Of a stretch of 64,000 bases of DNA, positions 46,728 through 56,202 are shown one piece after another. The stretch spans positions 430,401-494,400 of the forward strand of contig CBDCPT010000001.1 of the NCBI GenBank assembly GCA_965220395.1. The letters run 5' to 3'. The notes below the pieces were generated by a model. It saw nothing but the letters and a program-made list of their open reading frames with translations. It was not told the origin of the DNA and searched no databases. Every line of letters begins with the position of its first letter. Position 1 is the stretch's first letter. This stretch comes from Arenicellales bacterium. GTDB taxonomy: Bacteria; Pseudomonadota; Gammaproteobacteria; Arenicellales; JAJDZL01. The position numbers and the translations under genes are program-made.

Positions 46728-47044
46728 AGTGCAAATTTTGAGAAGAAAAATTCCGCACTAGTATATTTTTTCTGTTGAGACCTATGAGTTAGAAATTTAT
46801 GTAACACAGCACTCCAATAGAATTTAGCACGTAACGGAAGAGGCGCCTTTCGGTTTAGGAATCGCTTTTGGTCAGCCTCTGAATCTCCCACCACTTCTTC
46901 AAGGAAAATAGTAATGGCTCCGTTGAGTAATTCTTTCGCTTCTTCAAAAGAATCATCTTGCACGGAAATATTAAGATCAGTGCAGATGGCTTCCCACTCT
47001 GAGCCCTTGCCATGCACATAGCATCGAAATTTCTGGTGTGCCAT
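46724..47044 (-). CDS. hicB: HicB-like antitoxin (N-terminal HicB fold only)
   Basis: FRCYVHGKGSEWEAICTDLNISVQDDSFEEAKELLNGAITIFLEE fits the HicB N-domain. The ATG at 47044 follows AGGGGGAGGGG. 4-nt overlap with hicA. Confidence 0.6.
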   Translation of the reverse strand: MAHQKFRCYVHGKGSEWEAICTDLNISVQDDSFEEAKELLNGAITIFLEEVVGDSEADQKRFLNRKAPLPLRAKFYWSAVLHKFLTHRSQQKKYTSAEFFFSKFAL

Positions 47045-47419
47045 TTTGCCCCTCCCCCTATGCATATCGTCTATGGGTAATTAAACGGTTATCGTCTAGC
47101 AATGTCAAGCGATTAATTCCTTGTACAGCAGTCTCTGCAGTCTCATTTTGGCAGAAAAATCCAATCTTCCCCCTGTATATTCAGTCAGGGTAAAATATCA
47201 GCATAACCCGTGCCGAAGGCAAATGCTGCCTTTATCATGGCTTCAGCGAATGATTGCTAATTCCCTTTGTAGCATACCAATATCAACGCCGCGATGTAGT
47301 TGCCTATTTGCTAAAATACGGGCGCAATCTGTCTTGCAAAAATTCATTGCGCGCGCGTTGTCGGTGTGGAGAAGAATCAGATTACTGAGCATGCAAATAT
47401 CTATGGAAAGAAAATAATC

Positions 47420-48132
47420 ATGTATGACTTGTACTATTGGACGACACCTAACGGCCATAAGTTGACAATGTTTCTGGAGGAAGTTGAGGCGGACTACAAC
47501 ATCGTGCCGATCAATATTGGAAAAGGTGAGCAGTTCGAGTCCGAATTTTGAAAATCTCGCCGAATAATCGAATTCCGGCGTTGATCGATCATCAACCTAC
47601 ATTCGGCAAGGAGAGCATCACATTGTTCGAATCTGGTGCCATGCTACTCTATATGGCGGAAAAACATAGCCAATTTGTTCCGTCCGATATTGCAGGTCGC
47701 GCAGATGTACTGCAGTGGCTGTTTTGGCAGATGGCAAACCTGGGTCCAATGGGCGGACAAAATCATCATTTCGTGACATACACCACCGAAAATATTCCCT
47801 ATGCCATCAATCGTTATGTTAATGAAGTTTCTCGACTGTATGCAGTTTTAGACCATCAGTTGAAAGACAACGAATATATTTGCGGTGATTACTCGATTGC
47901 GGACATGGCCAGTTATCCATGGATTGTTCCTCACAAGCGTCAGTTGCAGCATATCGAAGAATTTGAGAATTTAGAGCGATGGTTTAACCAGGTCAGGAAT
48001 CGGCTCGCAACTATTCGCGCCTATGATGTTGCGAAAGAAATCAATCCCAATCCAGCACAGATGACGGAAGCAGAGAAGAAGATTCTGTTTGGTCAAGACG
48101 CGAGCACACTGCGCAAGCTCAAGGATCGCTAA
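47420..48132 (+). pseudogene. Glutathione S-transferase (YfcG/YghU-like) interrupted by a 1-nt frameshift
   Basis: MYDLYYWTTPNGHKLTMFLEE...GEQFESEF stops at 47549-51, and KISPNNRIPALID... continues in the +2 frame from 47548. Restoring one T in the T4 run at 47546-49 gives the family-typical FESEFLKISPNN. Confidence 0.7.
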
Positions 48133-48149
48133 TCGGGTTCGCAACTTAA

Positions 48150-49286
48150 ATGGACACTCTAGTCAGACTGCCGCTAGAAGGTGTTTTTGTCATCGACTTC
48201 ACCACGCTTGCACCGGGTCCGCTCGCATCCTTGATGTTAGCCAACGCGGGTGCGGAAGTCATTAAGGTTGAACGTCCTGGCATCGGAGATGAAATGCGAG
48301 TCTACAAAGATGCCTTTGGTGATGAGGGAGTCACATTTGCATTGCTGAACGCGGGCAAGCGTAGCATCACGGCCGATCTCAAGAAATCAGAAGATTTGAT
48401 TAAGATCAAAGAATTAATAAAAAAATGTGATGTAGTTCTTGAGCAATTTAGACCTGGAGTAATGGCGAAACTTGGATTGGACTATGAAGCATTGGCTGAG
48501 GAGAATTCAGGTCTGATTTATTGTTCGATAACCGGATTCGGGCAGAATGGGCCAAAAGCTTCAATTGCTGCACATGACCTCAATTATGTAGCGGATACGG
48601 GCATGTTGGCTATCGGCGATTGCAGTTCCGGCAAACCCGCAATTCCCCCACTGCTGGCAGCAGACCTGGCTGCGGGCTCATATCCTGCGGTGATGAACGT
48701 CCTGCTTGCACTGCAGCAGCGAAACCATACGGGTAAAGGCACTTACATCGATGTCTCAATGACGGATTGCTTGTTTCCGTTGATGTTTTGGGGGCTTGGT
48801 CTCGGTTGGGGTAGCGGAACTTGGCCTCAGTACGGCGACCAGCTGCTGACGGGTGGGTCACCCCGATATCAGATTTACAAAACTTCGGACTCGCGATATC
48901 TTGCGGTCGCCGCATTGGAAGACAGATTCTGGAATGTTTTCTGCGAAATCGTCAAATTTGATACGGAATCTGTTGATGAGAAAATACATCCTCAAAAAGT
49001 CATTCAAGGGATTGAAGAAATTGTACGAACGAAGAGTGCTTCTGAATGGCGAGTGCTGTTCGAAGGGCGTGACGCCTGTGCTGTGATCGTGAACACGCTG
49101 GAAGAGGCAGTACAAGACGTCCACTACAGAACACGTGGAGTATTCGACAGGATGATCGAAACCGAAACTGGAAATCGAGTAAACGCACTGCCACTACCAA
49201 TTGTCGCAAACCTGCAAGACTGTTATACGACGATCAAAAAGGTTCCTGCATTGGGGGAGTATGACGAGCCAGGAGAAAAGGTCTGA
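48150..49286 (+). CDS. Family III (CaiB/BaiF) CoA-transferase
   Basis: GVFVIDFTTLAPGPLASLMLANAGAEVIKVERPG and the downstream AHDLNY region are family III CoA-transferase hallmarks. Confidence 0.8.
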   Translation: MDTLVRLPLEGVFVIDFTTLAPGPLASLMLANAGAEVIKVERPGIGDEMRVYKDAFGDEGVTFALLNAGKRSITADLKKSEDLIKIKELIKKCDVVLEQFRPGVMAKLGLDYEALAEENSGLIYCSITGFGQNGPKASIAAHDLNYVADTGMLAIGDCSSGKPAIPPLLAADLAAGSYPAVMNVLLALQQRNHTGKGTYIDVSMTDCLFPLMFWGLGLGWGSGTWPQYGDQLLTGGSPRYQIYKTSDSRYLAVAALEDRFWNVFCEIVKFDTESVDEKIHPQKVIQGIEEIVRTKSASEWRVLFEGRDACAVIVNTLEEAVQDVHYRTRGVFDRMIETETGNRVNALPLPIVANLQDCYTTIKKVPALGEYDEPGEKV

Positions 49287-49287
49287 C

Positions 49288-50265
49288 ATGGATTCGGTTC
49301 GAAAAATCGGCGTAATTGGTGCCGGACTCATTGGCTCAGGCTGGGCTTCTCGCTGTATCGCTCGAAGTCACGACGTAGTCGTTTACGATCCGTCGCCACA
49401 GGGTGAGAGCATGTTGCTGTCGCACATCGAAAATGCTTGGCATGCACTTGAGAAATTGGGTTTCAATCGACAGATGTCCGGTAAGGTCAAATTTACGGAT
49501 GACCTGGAAGAAGTTGCTTCATCCTGCAGTTTTATTCAAGAAAGTGCTCCTGAAAATATTGATTTGAAACGTACACTGCATCAGGAAATTGACAAATACG
49601 CCGCTGAAGATGTAATCATCGCATCTAGTTCATCAGGACTCTTGCCGTCGGAAATCCAAGCGGCTACCCGTCACCCAGAGAGAGTTCTAATCGGACATCC
49701 GTTTAATCCAGTTTACATACTTCCGCTTGTTGAGATTGTTTGCGGAGAGCAGACCTCCGAGCGATTCGCCCAACAAGCTGCCGAATTTTACCGTTCGATC
49801 GGAATGTATCCGCTCATGGTACGCAAAGAAATTGAAGGTTATGTTTCTGACCGGCTACAAGAGGCGGTCTGGCGAGAAGCCTTGCACATGATTTCAGACG
49901 GCGTTGCTTCGACTCAGGATATTGACGATGCAATCATTTATGGGCCGGGATTGCGCTGGGCGATTATGGGTGTTTGCCTGACATTTCATCTTGCAGGTGG
50001 CGAGCAGGGCATGAAGCACATGCTGGAACAATTCGGTCCAGCTTTGCAATTGCCGTGGACTCACCTGAAAGCACCGGAGTTAAATGAAACTCTGATCAAT
50101 CGAATGGTGGAAGGAACTAAATCACAAGCGGGAAAACATTCGATTCCGGAACTGGAACGATTGAGGGACAATTGTCTGATTGATATTCTCGAAGTCCTGA
50201 GCAGATACAACTATGCGGCTGGAACCACACAGTTTAGAGCGAACCCCAAGACAGGCGTTGAATAG
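49288..50265 (+). CDS. L-carnitine dehydrogenase-like 3-hydroxyacyl-CoA-dehydrogenase-family enzyme
   Basis: IGVIGAGLIGSGWA, FIQESAPE, SSSSGLLPSE, GHPFNPVYILPLVEIV, WREALHMISDGVAS, IDDAIIYGPGLRW and QFGPALQLPWTHLKAPEL match my recollection of LcdH/CdhA. The ATG at 49288 lies 2 nt after the upstream stop. Confidence 0.7.
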   Translation: MDSVRKIGVIGAGLIGSGWASRCIARSHDVVVYDPSPQGESMLLSHIENAWHALEKLGFNRQMSGKVKFTDDLEEVASSCSFIQESAPENIDLKRTLHQEIDKYAAEDVIIASSSSGLLPSEIQAATRHPERVLIGHPFNPVYILPLVEIVCGEQTSERFAQQAAEFYRSIGMYPLMVRKEIEGYVSDRLQEAVWREALHMISDGVASTQDIDDAIIYGPGLRWAIMGVCLTFHLAGGEQGMKHMLEQFGPALQLPWTHLKAPELNETLINRMVEGTKSQAGKHSIPELERLRDNCLIDILEVLSRYNYAAGTTQFRANPKTGVE

Positions 50266-52315
50266 TTCTGGAACTATTGATTTGTACAGGCTGTTGCGAC
50301 CGCGCTCCATCGCAATGGTCGGTGGAGAACAGGCTCGTCGTTCAATTTTTCAGTGCGATCGTCTCGGATTCGACGGAGAAATCTGGCCTGTAAATCCCAA
50401 CCGCGAACAGATGGAGTCGCGAAAATGCTACTCATCGCTACAGGCACTCCCAGGCATACCGGACGCGGCATTTATCGCTGTCCCTAGAACTGCAACTGTT
50501 GAAGCAGTTGAATATTTAGCAAAGATCGGCGCCGGTGGGGCAGTTTGCTACGCTTCTGGATTTTCGGAAGTCGGCGGCGAAGGTCAAGAACTTCAGCGAC
50601 GTTTGGAGTTCGTTATGGGTGACATGCCTGTGATCGGCCCGAACTGTTATGGCGTACTCAACTATCAGGATGGCGTAGCACTTTGGCCGGACGAACAAGG
50701 CGGGCGGCGATGCAAAACAGGTGTAGCAATTGTCAGTCAGAGCGGCAACATTTCCGTCAGTCTGACAATGCAGCGTCGCGGGGTGCCAATGTCGTACCTG
50801 ATTTCGACAGGAAACATGGCAGGCGTTAAAACCCACGACTACATACATGCCATGCTTGGCAATCCGGCTGTCACGGCAATTGGATTGTATCTGGAAGGAA
50901 TTCCTGATGCACGAGCACTATCGATTGCGGCGCTTGCAGCAATGAAACAGAATGTGCCGATCGTTGTTTTAGAGTCTGGACATTCTGAAAAAGGTGCCGA
51001 CGTAACACTGAGTCACTCCCATTCATTGTCAGGAAATCGGGAAGTGAAAAGTGCATTTTACGAAAAGTATGGAATTATTCAGGTAAACACTATTCCGCAA
51101 CTGCTTGAAACGCTTAAGTTTGTTTCTGTACTAACTCCGATGGAGCATCGAACCATTGCGTCGATCAGTTGTTCAGGCGGGGAAGCCGCTCTGATGGCTG
51201 ACTTGGCTGATAAACATGCTATTGAGTTCCCGAAATTTACTGACAGGCAAGTCAAGTGCCTTAACGAAGTATTGGGAGATCGTGTGGTGATATCGAACCC
51301 GCTAGACTACCACACTTACATTTGGGGGAATCAAAAGTCACAAGAGGCGTGTTTTCGAGCTGTTTTTGAAGGAACACAGGCGATCAGTATCAATGTTCTT
51401 GATTTTCCAGCAGATGGAGTTTGCGATACTCGGGAGTGGGACTATGCGATACGCGCAATCATAGAAGCCAAGAAAGAAACGGACGCTCGAATTGTGGTTT
51501 TGGCTACCTTGCATGAAAATCTTCCCATTGGTACTCAGTTAATTTTGCTTGAGAATGGTATTGTACCGATGATGGGGATGGAAGAGTGCATATTTGCAAT
51601 TTCGGTTGCGGCAAATTTTGCCAAGATACGAAAAGAAATCGACTCGATCAATCCGCTTGCTGAGGTTCGGTCGGATTCAGGAGCGCAAATTACTTTGACA
51701 GAGCATCAAGGAAAGCAGATCCTGTTGAAAGCTGGAATCCCAGTTGTTGCAGGAATTTCGGCAACAAATGTAAAGGATGCATTGGCCGCCGCCAAAAACC
51801 TCGAATTTCCGATCGTAGCAAAGGCGTCGTCTTCCGAACTGGTGCATAAATCTGAATCAGGTGCTGTCGTTCTGAACATCCAGTCGAAAGAAGAATTGTG
51901 TCAAGCGATTGAATCATTCTCAGGTTTGTCTGAAGAATACCTGATTGAGCAAATGGCACCGGAGCCATATCTTGAACTGCTGATCGGAATACGTAGTGAC
52001 GCGTGTTTCGGCCACATTATGGTCATTGGAGCGGGAGGTAAGCTAGCTGAGCTGATTGGTGACACTGCAGTCGTGTTCTTTCCAGTACACGAAGAGGCAA
52101 TTCGAGAAGCTTTCGACAAGTTGAAAATTGGTAAGCTGCTGAAGGGTTATCGAGGTTCATCTGGAGATGTCGATGCAGTAATTTCAGTGCTGAAACAACT
52201 CTCTGATTTTGTCAGTGATGAGAAAAACTGTGTGAAAGAACTGGAAATCAATCCCCTGTTTGTATTCCAGCAAGGAGAGGGTGTGGTGGTAGTTGACACG
52301 TTGCTGCGGGTGTAA
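50213..52315 (+). CDS. ADP-forming acyl-CoA synthetase (CoA-binding + ATP-grasp fusion)
   Basis: N-terminal CoA-binding LLRPRSIAMVGG, a SCS-like middle region (IVSQSGN) and a C-terminal ATP-grasp. The start is ATG 50213 or TTG 50258 (uncertain). Confidence 0.7.
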   Translation: MRLEPHSLERTPRQALNSSGTIDLYRLLRPRSIAMVGGEQARRSIFQCDRLGFDGEIWPVNPNREQMESRKCYSSLQALPGIPDAAFIAVPRTATVEAVEYLAKIGAGGAVCYASGFSEVGGEGQELQRRLEFVMGDMPVIGPNCYGVLNYQDGVALWPDEQGGRRCKTGVAIVSQSGNISVSLTMQRRGVPMSYLISTGNMAGVKTHDYIHAMLGNPAVTAIGLYLEGIPDARALSIAALAAMKQNVPIVVLESGHSEKGADVTLSHSHSLSGNREVKSAFYEKYGIIQVNTIPQLLETLKFVSVLTPMEHRTIASISCSGGEAALMADLADKHAIEFPKFTDRQVKCLNEVLGDRVVISNPLDYHTYIWGNQKSQEACFRAVFEGTQAISINVLDFPADGVCDTREWDYAIRAIIEAKKETDARIVVLATLHENLPIGTQLILLENGIVPMMGMEECIFAISVAANFAKIRKEIDSINPLAEVRSDSGAQITLTEHQGKQILLKAGIPVVAGISATNVKDALAAAKNLEFPIVAKASSSELVHKSESGAVVLNIQSKEELCQAIESFSGLSEEYLIEQMAPEPYLELLIGIRSDACFGHIMVIGAGGKLAELIGDTAVVFFPVHEEAIREAFDKLKIGKLLKGYRGSSGDVDAVISVLKQLSDFVSDEKNCVKELEINPLFVFQQGEGVVVVDTLLRV

Positions 52316-52451
52316 GATTCTAGCGAATTCGCTTGAGACTTTTGCTTTCACCCCATTAAACAATCTGCTGGCTTTTAGTCTTCTTGCAATGAACGTAGAA
52401 TTGTGCTTTACTTGAATGGAAATTCTCTACCGTTAGGAAAGGTAAGAAACA

Positions 52452-52883
52452 ATGAAAATGAAAAGCAAAATTTCAATTGGATTTTCCGTTGCGTTAGCGC
52501 TGCTCTGCAGTTCTGTGTTTGCACAGGAAAAGTCAATGATTGCCGAAGGAGCGACGGTGTATATCGTTTCGCCTACCGACGGTGCTACAGTTAGTAGTCC
52601 GGTCAAGGTGATATTCGGTCTATCCGGCGCTGGAATTGCACCAGCAGGTATTCAGGCCAAAGACACAGGCCACCATCACCTGATTGTCGACGCCGCGTTG
52701 CCTGACACTAATATGCCTGTTCCCGCTGATGAAAACAATCTGCATTTTGGGAAAGGTCAGACTGAAACAACTATCGAATTGTCTTCGGGTCAGCACACCT
52801 TGCAACTGCTGTTGGGTGACTGGTTGCACATTCCGCATGCAACTCCAGTTGCTTCGGAAGTCATAACGATAACTGTCGAATAA
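52452..52883 (+). CDS. Secreted DUF4399-family protein
   Basis: Signal peptide ending SVFAQE, with GHHHLIVD and LHFGKGQTE motifs as I recall them for DUF4399. Confidence 0.6.
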   Translation: MKMKSKISIGFSVALALLCSSVFAQEKSMIAEGATVYIVSPTDGATVSSPVKVIFGLSGAGIAPAGIQAKDTGHHHLIVDAALPDTNMPVPADENNLHFGKGQTETTIELSSGQHTLQLLLGDWLHIPHATPVASEVITITVE

Positions 52884-52912
52884 GTTTCACTGAAGCGAGA
52901 AGTCAGAAAGAG

Positions 52913-52945
52913 AAATCCGCGGGTATCACGCGGATTTTTCTTTTC
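52913..52945 (+). terminator. Rho-independent terminator
   Basis: AAATCCGCG (52913-21) pairs with CGCGGATTT (52929-37) around a 7-nt loop, followed by TTTTTCTTTTC. Confidence 0.75.
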
Positions 52946-53115
52946 AGTGAGTGTTTGTTCGATTCTTGCCAGAATGTGAGTATTATGATTAATATTACGT
53001 TGTAACTCACTCTAATAATTTGGGTTTTCGAGTTTCAATATATTTTCGCTTGTGGATCTGTTAGCGGGGCTTTACTGATTAGCGTAAACAACTTTATCGT
53101 CAAAGGAGAGAAATC

Positions 53116-54021
53116 TTGATTAGCAATTCAGTTCCATGGCCAAACGGTTGTAAAGTCGCATGTGCCATCACTTTTGACATTGATACCGACAGCATCTTGC
53201 ACTTGGAGCACAGAAATAATGCTCCGACGATGATTTCGACAATGTCATGGCTCAAATATGATGAAATTGCTGTCCCGCGGCTGGTCGAACTGTATCGACG
53301 ATACGGAATCAAACAGACTTTCTTCTATCCAGCATGGTGTATGGAACACTATCCCCATTTAGTCGATATCATTTTGAAAGACGGCCACGAAATTGGTGCA
53401 CATGGCTATATTCACGAAAATCCGAATCATCTGAGTCCGGAAGATGAACAGTACTGGTTTGAACGCCAGATTGAGGTGATCGAACGCATGACTGGACAGC
53501 GACCTAGAGGATGGCGTGCTCCCCTGTACAATTTTTCCATGAATTCGCTGGATATTCTTGTTCAATATGGATTCAAATACGATGCCAGTCTAATGGGTGA
53601 TGACATTCCCTACATACTCAGATCAGACAAAGGCGAAGTGATAGAATTGCCCAGTCACTGGGGGATGGATGATTGGCCGCCCTATGTACATGAACCGAGC
53701 TTTGGTTACAAGATGCCGGTTAAATCTCCTGATGAGGCAATGAAAGTCTACATGGCTGAGTTCGAAGCGATGTACGAGTATGGTGGACTCTGGATCGCTG
53801 TATGGCATCCGTTCGTATCTGCTCGCTTGGCTCGTTGTCATCGAATTGGAAAAATGATCGAAGAGATGCTGAATCGCGGTGGAGTCTGGTTAACAACAAT
53901 GGAAGAGATAGCCAATCACGTGCGGGCCTGCATTGACAATGGCACCTGGCAACCAAGAATCGATAGTTTGCCCTACTATACTGAACCGGTTTTGGATCGA
54001 GAACAGGAAAACGTGGCATGA
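53116..54021 (+). CDS. Polysaccharide deacetylase-family hydrolase (PuuE/allantoinase-like subgroup)
   Basis: VACAITFDIDTDS and GHEIGAHGYIHE motifs of the CE4/NodB fold. TTG start. Confidence 0.65.
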   Translation: MISNSVPWPNGCKVACAITFDIDTDSILHLEHRNNAPTMISTMSWLKYDEIAVPRLVELYRRYGIKQTFFYPAWCMEHYPHLVDIILKDGHEIGAHGYIHENPNHLSPEDEQYWFERQIEVIERMTGQRPRGWRAPLYNFSMNSLDILVQYGFKYDASLMGDDIPYILRSDKGEVIELPSHWGMDDWPPYVHEPSFGYKMPVKSPDEAMKVYMAEFEAMYEYGGLWIAVWHPFVSARLARCHRIGKMIEEMLNRGGVWLTTMEEIANHVRACIDNGTWQPRIDSLPYYTEPVLDREQENVA

Positions 54022-54050
54022 ACAACAAAAAGAAAGGACAAAGTAGTTAG

Positions 54051-54836
54051 ATGAGCGATAACGTGCTGGTCAGTCAAGACCGGTCGATACTTGAAATTAC
54101 AATCAACCGACCGAAAGCAAACGCAATAGACTTGCATACCAGTCGCAAGATGGGGGAAGTCCTCTGTGATTTCCGCGATGATCCGCAACTGCGGGTTGCA
54201 ATTATTACCGGAGCAGGAAACAAGTTCTTCTCAGCAGGGTGGGACCTGAAAGAAGTGGCGGACGGTAACGCCGGTTTTGACGATGACTATGGTCCAGGGG
54301 GGTTTGCTGGAATTACGGAACTCCATGATTTAGAAAAACCGGTAATTTCTGCGGTCAACGGATATGCAGTCGGAGGCGGATTTGAAATTGCTTTGTCATC
54401 GGATGTCATCGTTGCAGTGGAACATGCTCAATTCTTTCTGCCTGAAATCAAAGTCGGAGTCGTCGCAGATGCGGCTTCATTCCGATTGCCAAAGAGAATA
54501 CCGAGAGCAATCGCAGTAGAGATGCTGTTGACGGGACGTAGGATGTCTGCTGAGGAAGCCATGCATTGGGGATTGGTCAATCGAGTCGTTGCGGAGGCTG
54601 AACTTATGGACAGTGCGCGTGAGTTAGCCCGAACGATGGCAGAAGGTGCGCCACTAGTCGTAGCAGCGGTCAAGGAAATTCTTCGTGAAACTGAACACGC
54701 AGATATTAAGGAATGCTACAGGATGTTGCATGCAGGCGAGTTCGAAGGTTATCAGCGAATGATGGAGTCGGAAGATGCAATCGAAGGCCCAAAGTCGTTT
54801 GCTGAAAAACGTGAAGCGAACTGGAAAGGGAAATAA
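54051..54836 (+). CDS. caiD: Carnitinyl-CoA dehydratase-like enoyl-CoA hydratase
   Basis: It appears collinear with E. coli CaiD as I recall that sequence: ILEITINRPKANAID, FRDDPQLRVAIITGAGNKFFSAGWDLK, GPGGFAGITE, AVNGYAVGGGFE, SEDAIEGPKSFAEKR..WKG. Confidence 0.75.
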   Translation: MSDNVLVSQDRSILEITINRPKANAIDLHTSRKMGEVLCDFRDDPQLRVAIITGAGNKFFSAGWDLKEVADGNAGFDDDYGPGGFAGITELHDLEKPVISAVNGYAVGGGFEIALSSDVIVAVEHAQFFLPEIKVGVVADAASFRLPKRIPRAIAVEMLLTGRRMSAEEAMHWGLVNRVVAEAELMDSARELARTMAEGAPLVVAAVKEILRETEHADIKECYRMLHAGEFEGYQRMMESEDAIEGPKSFAEKREANWKGK

Positions 54837-54837
54837 C

Positions 54838-54852
54838 CCAAGCATTGCTTGG
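54838..54852 (+). terminator. Short hairpin after the caiD-like gene
   Basis: CCAAGC-ATT-GCTTGG directly follows the stop. The downstream T-tract (ATTTCGTC) is weak. Confidence 0.3.
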
Positions 54853-55051
54853 ATTTCGTCAAATGCACTACAAACTAGAGAATCACTAAATCTGTTTTCA
54901 CTTTTTTTCTTTGTTCAGTTAATATGTGATATATGGTAAAAGTTCGATCAAAAATCTCGGAGTTGAACGAATAATCAAACGATGGCAGGTAAGTAGGCTA
55001 AATTACATTCTGCTGAACACAATACGCTACAGAAGTTCTTCAGGTCAGGTT

Positions 55052-55924
55052 ATGAAAATGAAAATAGTTGAAGCAGAACCCTTACATGATGACGCATCAA
55101 TTGTCGAGGCTTATCCGTACAAAACAAAATTAACGAGAAAGCAGTACGAATCTAAAAAAGCCGAATTGCAGGTAGAACTCGTCAAGGCTCAGAACTGGAT
55201 CAAGAACAGCAATCAGAAAGTCGTTCTGATTTTTGAAGGAAGAGACGCAGCTGGCAAAGGAGGCACGATCAAGCGGTTCATGGAACATCTAAATCCTCGT
55301 ATCGCAAGAGTTGTTGCACTGCCCAAACCCGGCGAGAAAGAAACAGGCCAGTGGTTTTTTCAAAGGTATGTTCAGCAGTTGCCGACCAGAGGTGAAATGG
55401 TTCTCTTTGACCGGTCCTGGTACAACCGTGCGGGAGTAGAAAGAGTCATGAATTTTTGTACTCGTCTTGAGTATCTGGAGTTCATGCGCCAGACTCCAGC
55501 ACTAGAGCGAATGCTAGTTGACAGTGGCATTCATCTGTTCAAGTACTGGTTCTCCGTAAGCCGTGATGAACAGCGACGGCGATTCGATGCCCGAGCTGGA
55601 AGCCCTCTAAAGAGATGGAAACTGAGCCTGATCGATAAGGAATCGTTGAGCTTGTGGGAAGAGTATACGGAAGCTAAGGAAACAATGTTCTTTTATACCG
55701 ACACTCGAGATGCTCCCTGGACGGTGGTACGATCTGACGATAAAAAACGATCCAGAATTAATTGCATGAGGCACTTTTTGACCAGTATTGATTATCCTGA
55801 CAAAAATGAAGAGATAGTGGTGAATCCTGACTCTCAGATTGTGGGGCTAGCCCGCGAAATTTTCCAGACTCAACAAGCGGATGGAAGTCCAAGTCCGGAT
55901 GTATCAGCGCTGAACCGGGAATAG
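55052..55924 (+). CDS. ppk2: Polyphosphate kinase 2
   Basis: Walker A FEGRDAAGKGGTIKRF and the PPK2 lid FDRSWYNRAGVE. The ATG at 55052 is preferred over the tracked 54926. Confidence 0.85.
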   Translation: MKMKIVEAEPLHDDASIVEAYPYKTKLTRKQYESKKAELQVELVKAQNWIKNSNQKVVLIFEGRDAAGKGGTIKRFMEHLNPRIARVVALPKPGEKETGQWFFQRYVQQLPTRGEMVLFDRSWYNRAGVERVMNFCTRLEYLEFMRQTPALERMLVDSGIHLFKYWFSVSRDEQRRRFDARAGSPLKRWKLSLIDKESLSLWEEYTEAKETMFFYTDTRDAPWTVVRSDDKKRSRINCMRHFLTSIDYPDKNEEIVVNPDSQIVGLAREIFQTQQADGSPSPDVSALNRE

Positions 55925-56202
55925 CGTGACTGTTCTCTCAAGGAACACTTAAAAATAATTGTGCCGGGCATTCCGCAGTTTGACTCTCATTCTCTCAAGC
56001 GAGGCCGCAACGAAAGTGCGGCATCAGTGGAATCGTCGACCGCGGAACAGACCATGCTAATTTTCGGGAACCAGATCACCAATGAACAATCGGCCTTTGG
56101 TCCGGCACTTGCAAACTACTATACCAGAATTCCCTGCCAATGGCTTTGATGAAAACTCGGTATGTTCCTTTCGTGGTGGCGAGGACATCATGACCTTGGG
56201 GG

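Noticed and set aside
47540-47555. Programmed ribosomal frameshift in the GST gene
   Set aside because: I know of no recoding in this family and see no stimulatory structure. A 1-nt indel in a homopolymer (a mutation or a sequencing error) is more parsimonious.
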